Below are positions 1 to 13,608 of a stretch of DNA of 64,000 bases, one piece after another. The DNA comes from Lama guanicoe. Taxonomy: Eukaryota. The notes below the pieces were generated by a model, which was not told the DNA's origin, ran no database searches, and worked only from the letters and a program-made list of their open reading frames with translations. The first letter of the stretch is position 1. The number at the start of each line of letters is the position of its first letter. A program made the translations under genes and the position numbers. Location: positions 186,001-250,000 of the forward strand of contig MU053594.1 in assembly GCA_013239625.1 (NCBI GenBank), written 5' to 3'.

Positions 1-3000
1 TTTTAAGTTTACCTATGAGACTGTCAGGGTAAGAGAAGAGCAGTGAGGGGGGGAAGCTGTCATCTAAGCACAGCTAAGAAAGCCAGAGAGAGGCCAGACC
101 ACTCTGCCTGGAAGGAAGCCTGAGAAGACACCCCGCCTCTCTTTTGTCACCTCCACCAAAAAATAGCCACACCCAGTACTTCACCCAAGAGAATTAATTC
201 AGAGTTTGGGACTGTCTGGCCCGCCTCCGCTTGCAGGTAAGAATCCAAGAAGTATATTCAGATCACAAAAGAAACTAAGGTTAGTTATCAGATTAGGTCC
301 ACCTCGCCAGGGCCAAACACCAGTGGGTCTCATTTTTTACAAACTGTGTCTTGCCCGAGTGGGTGGGTGTCTATGGGTAAACCTGCTAGCTCACCTGCCA
401 AAACAGGTAGGGAAAAGGCAAATGCAGTTGCAGTGTGGTGACCAACCCTGATTTCAGGGGCAACGGTCACGGCAAAGTCCCTTTCTGACACCCAGATGGA
501 CTTAATGCTGCCACTCAAAGCCGCTGAGATGACGCCGGTGCTGTCACGAGAATGTCTCAAACTTAAAAGGCACTACCTTTCTCTTTTGTGACAGCCAGAA
601 GAAAAGCAATGCATGAGTCAATATCTGGACAACAGAACCGTTCCCAGCAGAAACTTGCTGCAGAAACTAAAAGGATGTTCTCTGTTTCGGAGGCCGGGTG
701 GGCCAAATCCCACCATGAGCTGCTCCCAGAGCCCAGGTCACAAGATCTCCTACTTCTTGGCTCCCAGGGCATCCATCCCTTCACTGAATCTGACAGCCGT
801 GCCCAGAAAGATTTTGGAAAATAGCTGCAAACTCGCACAAAACAGCGCTAATCCACTCTCCCGTCCCCGCTCACTCCCCCCCACCTCCGCTGATGCAGAG
901 CCTCCTGGGGCCAGTGCTGACTGCTGGCTACTCCAGAGGGCTTTCGTTTCCTTTCCTGCTGTGGAAAAAGTGGGCTGTAGGAAGAAGAGGCAACAGAGAG
1001 ACGGTCAAGCTCAGAAACAGGGAGGAAGGCTTCAGTCTTAGGTGCTGGGGGTGAAGGCTGATGGGTTTCACCAGCTGTGTCCCTCCCCAGCTGGCAGGCC
1101 AGGTCTACGGGCTAGCACAGAGTAGTGCCCGCTTTGCTTTCTGCCCCTTTCCTGCTTCCCTTTGGCAAATGAGCTCAAACTGGGTACTCTGACCCAAATG
1201 CTGGTCTGAGAGGAAAGAAAGAGAACAAAAAAAAAAAAAAGAGAGAGAGAGAAGAAAAAAGCGAAGACACGGGTGTGGGTAACCCACAAATTCAATTATA
1301 TTCAGCCCTCACACAAGAAAGTATAGTTTGTTAAATTTCTCTTTGATTCCCCAGGCTCCAAACCCACACACTGGTGTCAGGGAGGGGTGTTAAATAAGCC
1401 ACCAAGATGAAGCGTCTTTGTGCTATCACCCCACAGGCACCCACAGCTCTCTTTGAGATTGAAAGCCCAGAGTCATTTGCTCCAGCCAACCCTCCCCCCG
1501 CCCCCCTGCCCCATTCTGCGGCTGAGTTCATCTCGGGCCCCAACTCGTGAAAGGAATTCAGGATGGGTTAAACGTTACCTGTATCTCCACCCCACATCTC
1601 CTAAACCATCTGATAAGCGCAAGAGAAAACATCCTGTGTACAGAGGTTGAGATGCTGACACAGGGTGGGGGAGCACCAACGACATGGGGGCCACGAGGAG
1701 TTAATCCCCTGACAGATAGGGGCCCACGCTTTGGAAAGTTCAGAGAAAGCAAAGACAAGAAAGATTCCACCAGCTGTTACATGTGGTTACCGAAACACAG
1801 ACGCAAGCAGAGACTTCTATGTCCCAAAGTTAAAAAAAAAAACAAGCACCTCAAAACCTCTCCAGTCCTAGCAGATGGTACACACTTTAAAAGAAAAAAA
1901 AAAAAAGGAAAGAAAGACACAAAAAAATAAGCAGAACATCCAGCCACCCCGCAGTGGTAGAGCAGACCCTGCTCACGCGCTCATCTCCGGGTTAAACTGT
2001 GCTTTGGAGTCAGCCGGAGGGGTGAGGAGGTCTACCTCCTGAATTCCAGTCATTTTCTCATTCTCCTTCCTGCAGCCCACACATCTCCCCTTCTTCCTTC
2101 AACACAGGGCCTGGACGAAGACAGGATAATGCTTTTGATGACCTCAAGGCTCTCTCAAGCCCCTACATTTTAACCTCAATAATCACAGTGCTAGGGCTCA
2201 AAGCAGGAATAATTATCAATGCAACAAAGTACCATCCTACAGGCCTGCAGTTCCAGCATCCTTGACAGAGTAACATTGGTCACTAAATAATTTTAATGTT
2301 CCCAGCAGCCAAGAGGAGCAAGACATAGCAGTTGGGAAGGGCACCCACATTTGACTGGATTCGGTTCATATAGACACACAAAACGAGCGAGCCTTGGCTG
2401 ACTCTACTGTCCCCGCCTGACACTGTGGGCTGTGATGAATGTCAGGGAGCATCAAAGGCTTCCAGCCCAAGAAGGAAGCCACACTAAAGCTCCACGATTG
2501 GCATTTTTTTCTAGAACTGCCCTCGGCTCTCCTGCCTATAAAATTTTGTAAGCATCCAATAAATAATTAAAAGACTGTTTATTTCTTACTAAACCACACC
2601 TCAGGGATACAGGACCAACCCCAGGGCTATCAGCAAGCGTCCCTCTTCCTACATACGCCAAGATCATCCCAGAAATACTGGCCCAGGCATTTCCCAACTG
2701 GTTCCCTTCCAGAAAGATGGGGTGGGGGAGGGACGGGGAATGGGGACCTACCCAGAAGAAGGAAAAATCTGAACAACTGATTCCACCCTTTCCCTCTAAC
2801 CTCTCTCACTGCAGCTGTGATGGATGAGGAGCGTGATGACGAATGACAAACCTTTCTCCTGAAAGCCCTGGAGTGAAAAATTCGCCAAGGATCCCGAGGA
2901 CACCCCGTGCATGAAAAAGCAAGAGCATGTTAGGAACAGCCACTGAGCAGCCTCAAACCCCAGGGAGATCGAAACCCAAACTTGTCTGCCAACGACGCAC

Positions 3001-5401
3001 CAGCACCTTACAGCCACAGTAAGAAAGTCTTCCCAAAACATTTTTTAAGGATTTTTTTTTTTCTTGGAAGGAGGAATCACAAGCCTGCAGGGCGAAGCAG
3101 CTGAGCCCCACGGCTCAGAGGTGTGTGAACGAGGACATGCAGCCATCAGTGATGTGTTCAGTGCCAATCCAAACATGCCAGCCAAGACCCACAATAAAGC
3201 TGGACTCAGACCATCAAACCAAAGGAAAGAGGTCCCTGAGGCTGAGGCCAAAGGCAAGGAAAAAACAGGACTGTTCCAGGACTTCTGTTCCCTGGAGCAG
3301 CCCCCAGTGTCTTAAGGAAGAGAAACTACAAGTCACTGGGAAAACCTTGCCTGTTCGCTCCCCATCTGGGATGCCACCAGTTCCTCCGTCACCACCATGA
3401 TGTGTATAAAACTGAGCCACAGATACACAAATGTATCGCCATTGTATGCAATGACGTCAAAAAAAAAAAAAAAACAAAGCAATGCAAGCAGGTCTTCTGC
3501 TCCCAAGAAGAAAAAGGAGGACAAGGGAAGTAACATTTTTGGGCACTACAGTAATAGCAAGGAGAACTACATGTGTTTTTCCATTTGCTCCTCACAGTAA
3601 CCTTACCAGTCAGGCGATCTCATCCTCCACCGTACGGGAGCCTCGGAATGTGTAAGTGACGTATTTAAGGACATAAAATTTAAAAAGTGGCCAATCTCCC
3701 TCTCCATCTAGGACTGTCTTGATTCCAAAATTTGGGCTCTTTCTACTGTATCACGTTCCTCTCTTCCGTTACACAAGGTCCTACAGACCCCCTCAAATAG
3801 ATTTGGTTAAATAGATGAATTAATAAGCAGTCCCAGGAAAACATGCCTCCAAGGCACCGAAGAGCATCAATGCTGAGCTGGAGGATACAGAGCGGGCTGG
3901 ATCATAACTGAGTGGATATTCAAAATCTCTTTACAGGGGATAACTGTCCAAAATAAACACTCACACACACACACACAAAAACCCACCAAAATCCAGTCTG
4001 CAATGTTCTTGGCCTTAAGAGTCATTCTGGGTCCCCCAACAAGCTAGCCACGAGGCCACCTCCTCATTAAGAACTACTCTAGGGTCTCCCCCATCCCAAG
4101 GATCCTTCTGGATTCCCAAGCCAGCACTTAGTTTTGTGAAAGCAGTAAATACTTGATTTTTAGAAGTGAGGAACCCAACAGCCATTGTCTGGCTTCACTC
4201 TCCATTTATAATTATGCCAGTCCTATGAACGGTTAATAATTTCATAAAGCTAGATGTCCCACATCTGACAAAAGGGTCTGTCACAAAGGTCAGAGTCCCT
4301 TCAGCTCTCAGCACCTCTCGGGGATTAAAAATCTCTGGGAAACTAAGATTGCTAGATTCTCGTCAGGTTTCCTCGTCATCCATCCGTGGCTGAGCAAATT
4401 CAAGAGGAGAGCGGCCAGCCCACCGATCCCCACCTTCCCCAAATCTGCACTCTGTTCTATGACCACACCCCGTGACTGGCAGGATGAAATATTTGCTTGA
4501 ATCAGTTTTGGTTTAAACACTTTTGTCACCCAGCCAGGCCAGGACTACAAAAATGAAATAAATCTCAAATATGGACAAGCCTGCTCAGAATAAGTCAACT
4601 GCCACGCCTACTACATTACTAAGGAATAAGGATGGCGGGCAAGGAGAATTTTCTGACTTGAATCCCTGGGCCCCTGGCCTTTCGATCAGCTGGGCAGGCC
4701 TAACTTCAGTTTCCCCGGGTTTGGGGTTTGGGCTGGTACAGCTCAAGCCACCAAGCCCTCCTGCAAGTCACTCCCATCTTTTAAGGGTCACTTTGGGCCA
4801 AACACGAGCAGAGAGAGAGATGACTGAATAAGCCACTTACCATCACGTGGCATACAGAAAGGAAAGCGACATTTTGCTACTGTTGATTAAGGAAGACCTG
4901 ACAATCTGGGTTAAAAAAACACATGAACAAACAAAAATCAGGTCTCAGAAAATCTCGGTGTCCTTAAGAGATCATGTCCCTGGTCCACGGGGTCCCCGCG
5001 CAGGGCGGCAGCTCAGTGGCAGCTGCCTCTGGGGGTTCCAGCAGGAGCTCATGTTTCTTTAACTCACTTTTTGGCAAAACAAAGCAGAACCAAATGTTTA
5101 TGCGTGAGTGCGTCGGAAGCCACACGACACTCCCTGGGCTGGGGACCGCAGAATCCTTCTCGGGTACGAGAGCACTAGGAGGGCGTGCGCCACTGGCACC
5201 CAAGTGCACCAGCACAATCTCAGTTTCCGTCTCGACATCTGAATGTGTCTGAAACGTATCTGATAAGCACTGAGTCTCTTAGGCAAAGAGAGAAGCTGTA
5301 TCACTGCTGTTCTGTTCCAAAATGGAAGGCCACGTAAATGATCCGGGCTGCCTCCCTACTCCCTCCAAAGCTGTCTGCCCCCTACCCCACACCCTCCAAC
5401 T

Positions 5402-5445
5402 CACACACACACACACGCACACACACACACACAGAGCACACACAC
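5402..5445. repeat. Imperfect (CA)n microsatellite
   Basis: cacacacacacacacgcacacacacacacacagagcacacacac. Confidence 0.9.
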
Positions 5446-5614
5446 TCTTTCTCTCACTTGAGTTGACAATGCACGGCTCTACGAACCATTAACTCACCAG
5501 CAGGCTGGGTCACAAGACAACAGTATTATCCACTAGTTAAAATACAATCCACCTGGAGACTTAGATTAAAATGCTTATTTACTGTCGGCTATAGATATGT
5601 TTCTCATTGCATTT

Positions 5615-5635
5615 TGGTGGTGGTGGTGGTGGTGG
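5615..5635. repeat. (TGG)7 microsatellite
   Basis: Perfect trinucleotide run; it explains the poly-W in ORF 5597..5779. Confidence 0.9.
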
Positions 5636-7623
5636 TGTTGGAAAAGCATTTATCAGGGAAGATCCGGAGTTTGGAGAGAACGGAGCTGGTGTGAGCCAGG
5701 TACCCAGAGAAAAGATCCCTCTGAACACCTACGCTTCCTTATTCCAAGCAGCGCTCCTTCTTCACTGATCACATCGTAACTAGACTAATGACACGTATGT
5801 TCGGGGGTTCACAGTGGCCACCTCCCTTCCTGAAGGGGGAGGAAAGTCAGGCTGCGAGACCACCGTCTAGAAGTGCCATTCCAGACTTAGAAAAACTAAA
5901 ATCAATATCCGTTGTAGCACCTCTCTCTCCCCCAGTAAGATCGTGGTTGTTTTAAGAGGATACAAGCTTCTGAAATGCTGCCTTAACACACAAAACATTG
6001 CTCAACTGTTCCAGAGGCAGGTGTCATAAACAAGCAGCCACATGGCAAACATATTGATTTCCCAGCCCTTATCTCACAGCAACCGGTGCTCAGTTACCAG
6101 GCTACTTTAATATGTAATTTACTGCAGAGGAAGGAGAGCAGGGCCCAGGATGTCTGAGATATTTACTGGAGAATTCGGCAGCAGCATGGAGGCTCCCCCC
6201 AAGGGGCGGTGAGGTGCAAGCAAGTCTGAACTCTGTATCGGAAACCACAAGCGACCCTTAGCGTTTCCAAACTGCTGAACGAATAGCCCCGACCCCATCC
6301 CTCTGGCCCAAGCCCAGAACCCATTACTCTGGTACAATCGATCTTCATCAATTATGTTTACGCTATGAAAATCCAGCTCGCCACCGCCTTTATTTACATA
6401 CGGGTGTTTAATATCTGCCAAAACAGTACAAGGAAATTGCCTCCATCCATTACGCGGCTCACACTGGACTCTTCTCTGGCCCACCTGCCTCAAGATAAAA
6501 ATAAAGAGGACCAGGGAGGTTCGGATTTTGAAAGCTCTCATGCCTCATGAGCATGTCAGGAGTTTTACTTTTTTTTTTTGTAAGTCAGACTTTTTTATAT
6601 ATCCCAAGCTGCAAAACACCAAAAAAAGATCCAACGCTAATTAAAAGCAATCATTGTATGGTTACATTAAGTGGGAAAGCAGCTCTGTGTCTGGCGTTAA
6701 AGGTTGTAGGTTTAAAATAAACCTAGAAATGCCAAAGTTAAGTTTTTTCAGATCAGCGCCAAGGCGCCCACACGCCCGGTACTATATATATGTGGCGAGC
6801 CCCGTACCTTCACATGCTGGCCATCATACCCTCGGCAGCACAGAACGAGGCTGCTGGCTGCAACGCCACCACGGGGTAGAGGAATCTTCCATTTCCAGAA
6901 CTGATATTTGCATCTCAAGATGCTAACTTATTTGGGCTAGATTTTCACTGTGAATTTCCTCAGGCGTTTTACATTTTCTTCATTTAAATGAAAACCCAAC
7001 TAAGGGGAAGGGGGAAAGAGCCGAAAAGTTTCTACTCAGATGCTCCCCCAAATCTCTGGCTACATCTGCAACCGGTCGCGGGGGACGAGGCACACCACAG
7101 ATGGGGAACAGAATGCTTCTAAACCCCTGACCACACAGGTACAAAGTCTAAAAGCATAAACACCTCTTCCATAATTTTCAGAAATTCTGCAAACCCAGAA
7201 TGAATTTCCTTCCTCACTGAAAAACCTCCCTGTGTTGTAAAACCACAGACATTTTAAAAAACTACTGACGTAGGAAAAAAAAAAATCAGAGAAGATTTTC
7301 CCTCCGCCTGCCCTCTGGGAAGAGGTCAACTAGAGAAAGTCTCAGAGCTAAAAAGGTGGCGACTTTGCTAAAATCATATGAGTAATAAAAACACAGGGAC
7401 TCAGATAGTAATCACACCATGAGAGAGTTAGTTGCCTGATGAAAATATTTTGTCTACCAAATAAAAATGATGGGTAAAGGGTGCTAGGTTGGTGACTGAT
7501 AAGTCTATAAATAGGTTAATTGTTTCTTTTAAATTTAGCAAAGGGCTTCTTAACAATATAATGAACTAAATGTTTTCTGAGAGATTTTGCTTCAAATGCC
7601 AGGTATCACAATTAACAAAGTAA

Positions 7624-8420
7624 TTTTTTATTGTGGTAACATACACATAACATAAAAAGGTACTGTTTTAACCATTTTTAAGTGTACAGGTCAGTGGAAT
7701 TAAGTGCATTCACACTGCTGTCCAGTCACCACCACTATCCATCCACAGAACTTTTTCAGCATCCCAAACCAATACTCTGTTCCATTAACACTAGCTCCCT
7801 ACTCCCCGCCTCTCCCCAGCCCCTGGGAACCTCTATTCTGCTTTTCGTCCCTATGAATTTGCTTCTTATAAGCATGGGCATTTCATATAAATGGAACCAT
7901 ACAAGACTGATCTTTTATGTCCAGCTTTATTTCACTTAGAATAATGTCGTCAAGGCTCATCCATGCTGTTGCATGTGTCTGTGTCAGAATTCCATTTCTT
8001 CTTTTTTTTTTTTAATTGAAGTATAGTCAGTTTACAATATTGTGTTAATGTCTGGTGTACAGTATAGTGTTTCAGTCATACACATATATATTCCTTTTCA
8101 TATTTTTTCATTGTAAGTCATTACAAGCTATTGAATACAGTTCCCTGTGCTCTACAGGAGGACCTTGTTGTTTGTCTATTTTATATATAGTGGTTAGTAT
8201 CTGCAAATCCCAAACCCCATTTGTTTTTAAGGCTGAATAATATTCCATAGTGGGTATTTACCACATTTTTACCTATCCATCCATCCATCAATGGACATTT
8301 GGGTTGTTCCACCTTTTTATTATTGTGAATAATACCGCTATGAACCTGGGTGTACAAGTTTATCTGTTTAAGTCCCTGCTCTCAATTCTTTGGGGTCTAC
8401 ACCCAAAAGTGGAATTGCTC
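7624..8420 (-). mobile_element. Old L1 (L1M-type) 3' fragment interrupted by a younger L1 3' end
   Basis: Typical L1M 3' end in reverse (taaccatttttaagtgtacag...ttcacttagaataatg...aaggctgaataatattcc...atggacatttgggttgttccacc...aagtggaattgct). Confidence 0.8.
8001..8216 (-). mobile_element. Young L1 3'-end fragment nested in an older L1
   Basis: Poly(T) then aattgaagtatagtcagtttacaat...tctggtgtacag...ttgttgtttgtctattttatatatag; flanked by ccatttctt (7992-8000) and ccatttgtt (8217-8225). Confidence 0.8.
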
Positions 8421-9596
8421 ACAAAATACATTTCTGTTCCCTTAAAAGGAATCGTTGTTTGTGCCTTGGCATCCAACACCTTCATCAGAATAAAAAAAAG
8501 GTGGGGCAAGGGGATGGGCAGAATAAATTTGGAAAACCACAATCAACAATGTTGCTGAAGCAGAAAGCCACCCAGAGAGTGCCGACATGGTCACAAATGT
8601 GCCTGTGGAGCGCTACCCAGGCTGAAACCCTTCACTTCCTCGCTTGAGGGTAAGAGTTTTGAGCTCAACACCAGAAGCACTAAAGGAAGGATTTGTCGGG
8701 GGCAGGGAACACAGCTGAACAGCTTAATGAATGACCTGAATATGCCATCACTGCCTGGCACCTTTATGAGCCCATGGTGTTGAAAATATAAGCATATTTT
8801 TTCGACCTGACCTCATTTAAACCTGCTGGGGGACTTACTATACTAGGTAGCATGTGGAAAGTAGTATGCTGACATCTTAGGACATGCAGACATGCAGGAG
8901 ACCTCAGAGATCTGTTCTCCCATCTCCCAAGAGTTTAATAATGTAAAATGCCAAGATGAAAAATTGCATGTGTATCTTCAAGATAGGCACATTTAGAGGT
9001 TTATGTCTTACCACACATCAGAAGTCACAGATAATCCAAACCCTCCAAATTTTCATGAAAACCCGGACAACATCATCTCTCCACCACCCAAAACCTAGCA
9101 ACGTGTTCCAGAAGCTCAATTCAAGATAAGAAAATCGAGACAGGGGAAAAGGCAATTTTAGGTTCCTCCAAGGGAAGTCAGAGTTTTAATATTAAAATAG
9201 CCCTGGGATGCTCAGACTGTGAGGAATTTACTTTTTCATATAATAAACTTTTCTTTTAAACACCCTTTTTTTTTTTTAAACACAGCGTCTTAAGTAGATC
9301 TTTTGGAATTTACAAGATAAATACTGGTAATTTGATTCTTATCTTCTCTAAATCCAATTCTAAGCCAATTTTGTGTAAAGGACACTAATTACAGCCTACA
9401 GGGAGAGAAGAGGTAACCTATCAGGGAGAATACACTCGGAACGTTTAAAAGGCTGTGGGACCCTGGAAAGTTAAATAGATTTCAAATCTACTGGAGTAAG
9501 AATAATAATTAGTTAAATGGAAATTATTCTCAGGCCCTGGTCTACTTACCACGGGCCCTTCAGAGTCTTGTCAACACAGCGCCAAGTGTGCTCAGG

Positions 9597-9784
9597 GCTA
9601 AGATAAACAACAAGTTTCTACTGCAGAGCACAGGAAACTCTATTCAATATCTTGTAGTAACCTATAGTGAAAAAGAATACGAAAAGGAATATATGTATGT
9701 ATGTGTATGACTGAAACATGATGCTGTACACCAGAAACTGACACAACATTGGAAACTGACTATACTTCGATTAAAAAACGAAAA
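9597..9784 (+). mobile_element. Short L1 3'-end fragment
   Basis: agataaacaacaag...cacaggaaactctattcaatatcttgta...gctgtacaccagaaactgacacaacatt...tatacttcgattaaaaaa; flanking repeat gtgctcagg at 9588-9596 and 9785-9793. Confidence 0.8.
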
Positions 9785-12700
9785 GTGCTCAGGATAAAGA
9801 GAGCAAGGGTTTACCCTCCCACAGGCCAATGCCTAGCAGTCGCTTTGGAAAGACCCGCCTTGGTGAATGAAACTATGAGAAAAGGAGCGAGCGAACCGCA
9901 TCGTCCTGCAAGGGCTGGATGCCGCCTTGTTAGCGGTCTCCTTCCCCCAGCTCCGTATCTATGTCAAAGGCATTGGTTGCATAAGATGCTGTGCTTTTCC
10001 CAAGCTCAGTGCCACAGAATAGACGGCAGGGCTGCATGTGCGCCATCCTTCCCCACTCCTACCCCTTCCTGTTGTTTTTCTTGGCCTTGGTCACAAGAGA
10101 CAGTCATGCTAAAAGGATGCCATTAAACCCCACCTGACGTTTCTGGCAGCTTTAAGGATGCCAGCGCAGGCAGAGAGAGGCCTCCGGCTCCTGGCGCAGT
10201 GGCTGTAAAAGGTCCTGGAGGGCCCTGGGGCTGAGGGAGATGCAAACTGGTCGGGGGATCAGGGAAACACCTCTGGAGAGTTTGCAAGGCCTTTGGAAAC
10301 TCCTGCCCCCACCCACGGATGGCTCAAAACATCTCACAAGACTAGCTTTCATTTCAGGACCCACTGCAACCACTGAAGGCCCCTTGGGCTGGGGTGTACC
10401 CGGTTGAGGGACAAGCAGATGTGAACCCCGCCCCATCCGGCTCAGCAAGTCACGGGCCCTGATAGGAGCCCCACTCCCCCGCACGAAGGGGCACCTTTTC
10501 TAATTCACAGAAGAGCGCCGGGTGGAGTATGGTGGCCATGCTAGCGCCCCTCAAAGAAACTTCCTGAGCAACAGTGGCCCTCTGGAGGCCACCATCCGCC
10601 TTCCACTGCCCACAAGCCCAAGCTCCCCACCCACCCCCAGAAGCGGGGCACCCAGACAGCCACAGCACTGCACTCCAGGGGTGGCCCTGCCCTCACCAAC
10701 CAGGAAAGCAAACCGCTCTGAGTGCCCTGTGTGGCTGAACCAACATCTCAGACTTTCAGTGGACTTACTAGGTTTGTTATACTGAAAAGTCCCCAAAAAT
10801 ATTATTTAAGGCCCTCTATTGAAGAGTTTAACCAGAGAAGAGCTCAACGTCTAAACCAATGACATCATCACTCTTCCAAACACACAAATCCAGAAAGAAG
10901 TGTCTCCTGACCACGCAGGAACCATCCAGAACTCATCCTCGCATATGACGGATTATCCCAAAGAGCACGTGTGAGGCCCTTTCTACAAACCATTTAGAAA
11001 ATGGGAGTGGGCTAAGTGGTAGGAATAAGGTTCTCCATTTTTCTTACAGATCAGTCCCTCAGAGAAACCAGGCAGCAGAGGAATCAGTGCGGGCTAAAAG
11101 GGAACGCTTCCATACTGTGTCTTTCCAATCTTGTTACAGGTTCTGGCTGCTTCCAGCTGCTGGGACCGGACACAGAAATGGCCTGAAGGGTGAGCGCACA
11201 GGAAAGAGACTTCCTGGGCTCTAACTCTGTATTTCAGGCCAAGGTCCCACCACCCTCATTCGGGCCTTTTGCCCACCTCCCTCCAGGTCTTCCTTCTGCT
11301 CGTGGCTGTTTATTAACGGCCTCCCTGGAAGATGGGCGAGGACGAGAGACAGGGTGCCCCCTCGGAAGTGGTGGTGAGGGTAGGGGAGGAAGGGGGGAGC
11401 CAGGAAACAAAGGCTGAAAGGAAGATGGCCCCTCGGTAGCTGGGGGACCACCCAGGGTTTCTCAATGGCCCCAGGCTCCCTAGGACAGGCTTGAAGTTAA
11501 CCGTTCTGTGCCACTGCTAATCTGCAGTCCTGACTTTGGGTTCTGAAAATACCATTTCAAAGATAGAATTAAAGGACAAAAGCAAAACCACTTGACGCTT
11601 CCACACCCGTCTGGACCCAGCTGCTGAAGTCGAAGCAGGTCCACAAAGAAAGCCCCATCAGGCTTCCAGAATTAACGAACGCAGGACAGGCACTGCTGGT
11701 TTTTTAGCTTCTTTTAAAGGGCAATTTTGGGATGTGGTGTGGTCTATGTGTGTTTTCATTTATTCTACAAGCTCAAACCTTTATTCTCTGAATGTTCTTC
11801 TGGAAAACTTCTCTTCCCTTTATCACGTCATGCAGACCAGAGGGTGACAAGTACGAAGAACCCCAAGAGCCAGGAGGGTGGAAGGAAGGTTGAGGGGCAC
11901 TATATGGTGGGGTCCCCAGTTTGGCTCCTGTGACTCAGAAAGGGGCTGTGGCCTGGTCAGTTTGAAAGGAAGGAGCCCTGTGCAAGCCAACCCCCGTGTT
12001 ACGTGACCCCATCCTTAGAACAACCCTACTATTAGGTAGGTGCTGTCCCCCCCGCCCCATTTTAAAGATGGGCAAACTAAGGCTTGGAGGGATAATACGG
12101 AGGGAGGAGGAATCAGGAAACGGCAGCTGCAAGGATCCAAGAACTCACGTAAGTTGATCGCTGTCCGTGAAACTGCTCTTTGGAGAGAGGAGAGTGAGGG
12201 GAGGAGAGCGGGGTCCCCTCTACGCTGTACCCCCTCCCCCCACCATAGCTGATGGGAGACCAGTGGACCCTCAGGAGAAACCCTGGGAAGAAAGGAATCA
12301 TTTGCTACAATAAATCAAGAGGATCAAGACACAGGGCCCCTCTGCAACCCCAGACCACAGAATTCGTTCTAAGGAGCAGCTTAGAGCTGTCGAAAGGCGC
12401 ACACGCTCGTGGTCGCAGCGACCCCCGTGCTCTCGCCCTCCCTTCCACCCCAAGCCAAACTGCCGTTGACAAAAAGCCCTTCAGTGCTCCCAGTGCCCCC
12501 ACCTTTTGTAGCAAGCCCTGGAAGGCCTGAGTGCACAAACACAGTGCCCTTTCACTGCTGCCTCTCGGGGCTTCTGTTTCACTGGGGCCCTGAAAGAGAG
12601 TACTGTAAATAAAAGAGGCCTGTGTGACCTGCCCTGGCCCCCGGCCCTTCTTGTCCCCTACTGTAACGGAGCTGCTGGTCAACACAGCCTCGGAGCCTCC

Positions 12701-13473
12701 ACGCGGGCCCCCCACCACCACCCTGCGCCCTGGGCACCACGGGGGCAGGAAGACAGAGGATGAGGTCCTGGCTGGTTTGGGGGTGTCAGCGAGGAGGAGT
12801 GCATGGGCCTGGCCAGTCTCAGTGACTTTTAGGCATTTCAGCACTTGTTTAAATGGCTGCAGGAAGGTCAGCTCAGAACTCCACTGCGTGAGTAGTTTAG
12901 GAGAGGGGGAGGGGAGGCCATTTGGTTTTGTTCTCTTTGTCCAGCCAACTGGACAAAAGCAAGGCGAGGGCGAGTAGGCTGAGAGACCGGAGTCCACCCT
13001 GGATCGCGACCGCAGGACCCTGTCCCAGCGAGAGCTGGAGGAGCAGAAAGGAACCGAGTCACACTAGGCGTGGTCACATACTTGGCAAAAAAGTAAAGAA
13101 AGAAGATTAGACTGGGGGGAAGGAAAAAGGCGCGAGGAAGTACAGAGGTAGCAAGCAAACTCACACACGTGGAGAAAACAGAGACCAAACCCAACCTGGA
13201 GCCACTGAGACCAGAGCCAGTCAGCAGGGCGTTCACAGAAGTCGGCATCGCATGGGCTCGGAGATGAGAATTCACGTCTGTCTGCTGTTTGATTGGGCTT
13301 GGAGGTTAGCGGGGACAGACATGAGAATACGGTGCAAGGTTCTTTATTAACTGTCTATTGCTGGGCCTCTCTGCAGCCAAATGGCAGTATATGAGGACCT
13401 TTAACTACCCCATTACACCCACTGGGGTTTTCAGCACCACCACCTTAGGGCAGGGGGTGGGGGGTCGGGGGGT

Positions 13474-13608
13474 NNNNNNNNNNNNNNNNNNNNNNNNNNN
13501 NNNNNNNNNNNNNNNNNNNNNNNNNNNNNNNNNNNNNNNNNNNNNNNNNNNNNNNNNNNNNNNNNNNNNNNNNNNNNNNNNNNNNNNNNNNNNNNNNNNN
13601 NNNNNNNN
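13474..13608. other. Assembly gap (135 N)
   Basis: Run of N. Confidence 1.

Noticed and set aside
12305..12997. 230-aa minus-strand ORF in the intron
   Set aside because: No recognisable homology or zinc-finger content, GC-rich context, and not a ZBTB16 exon.
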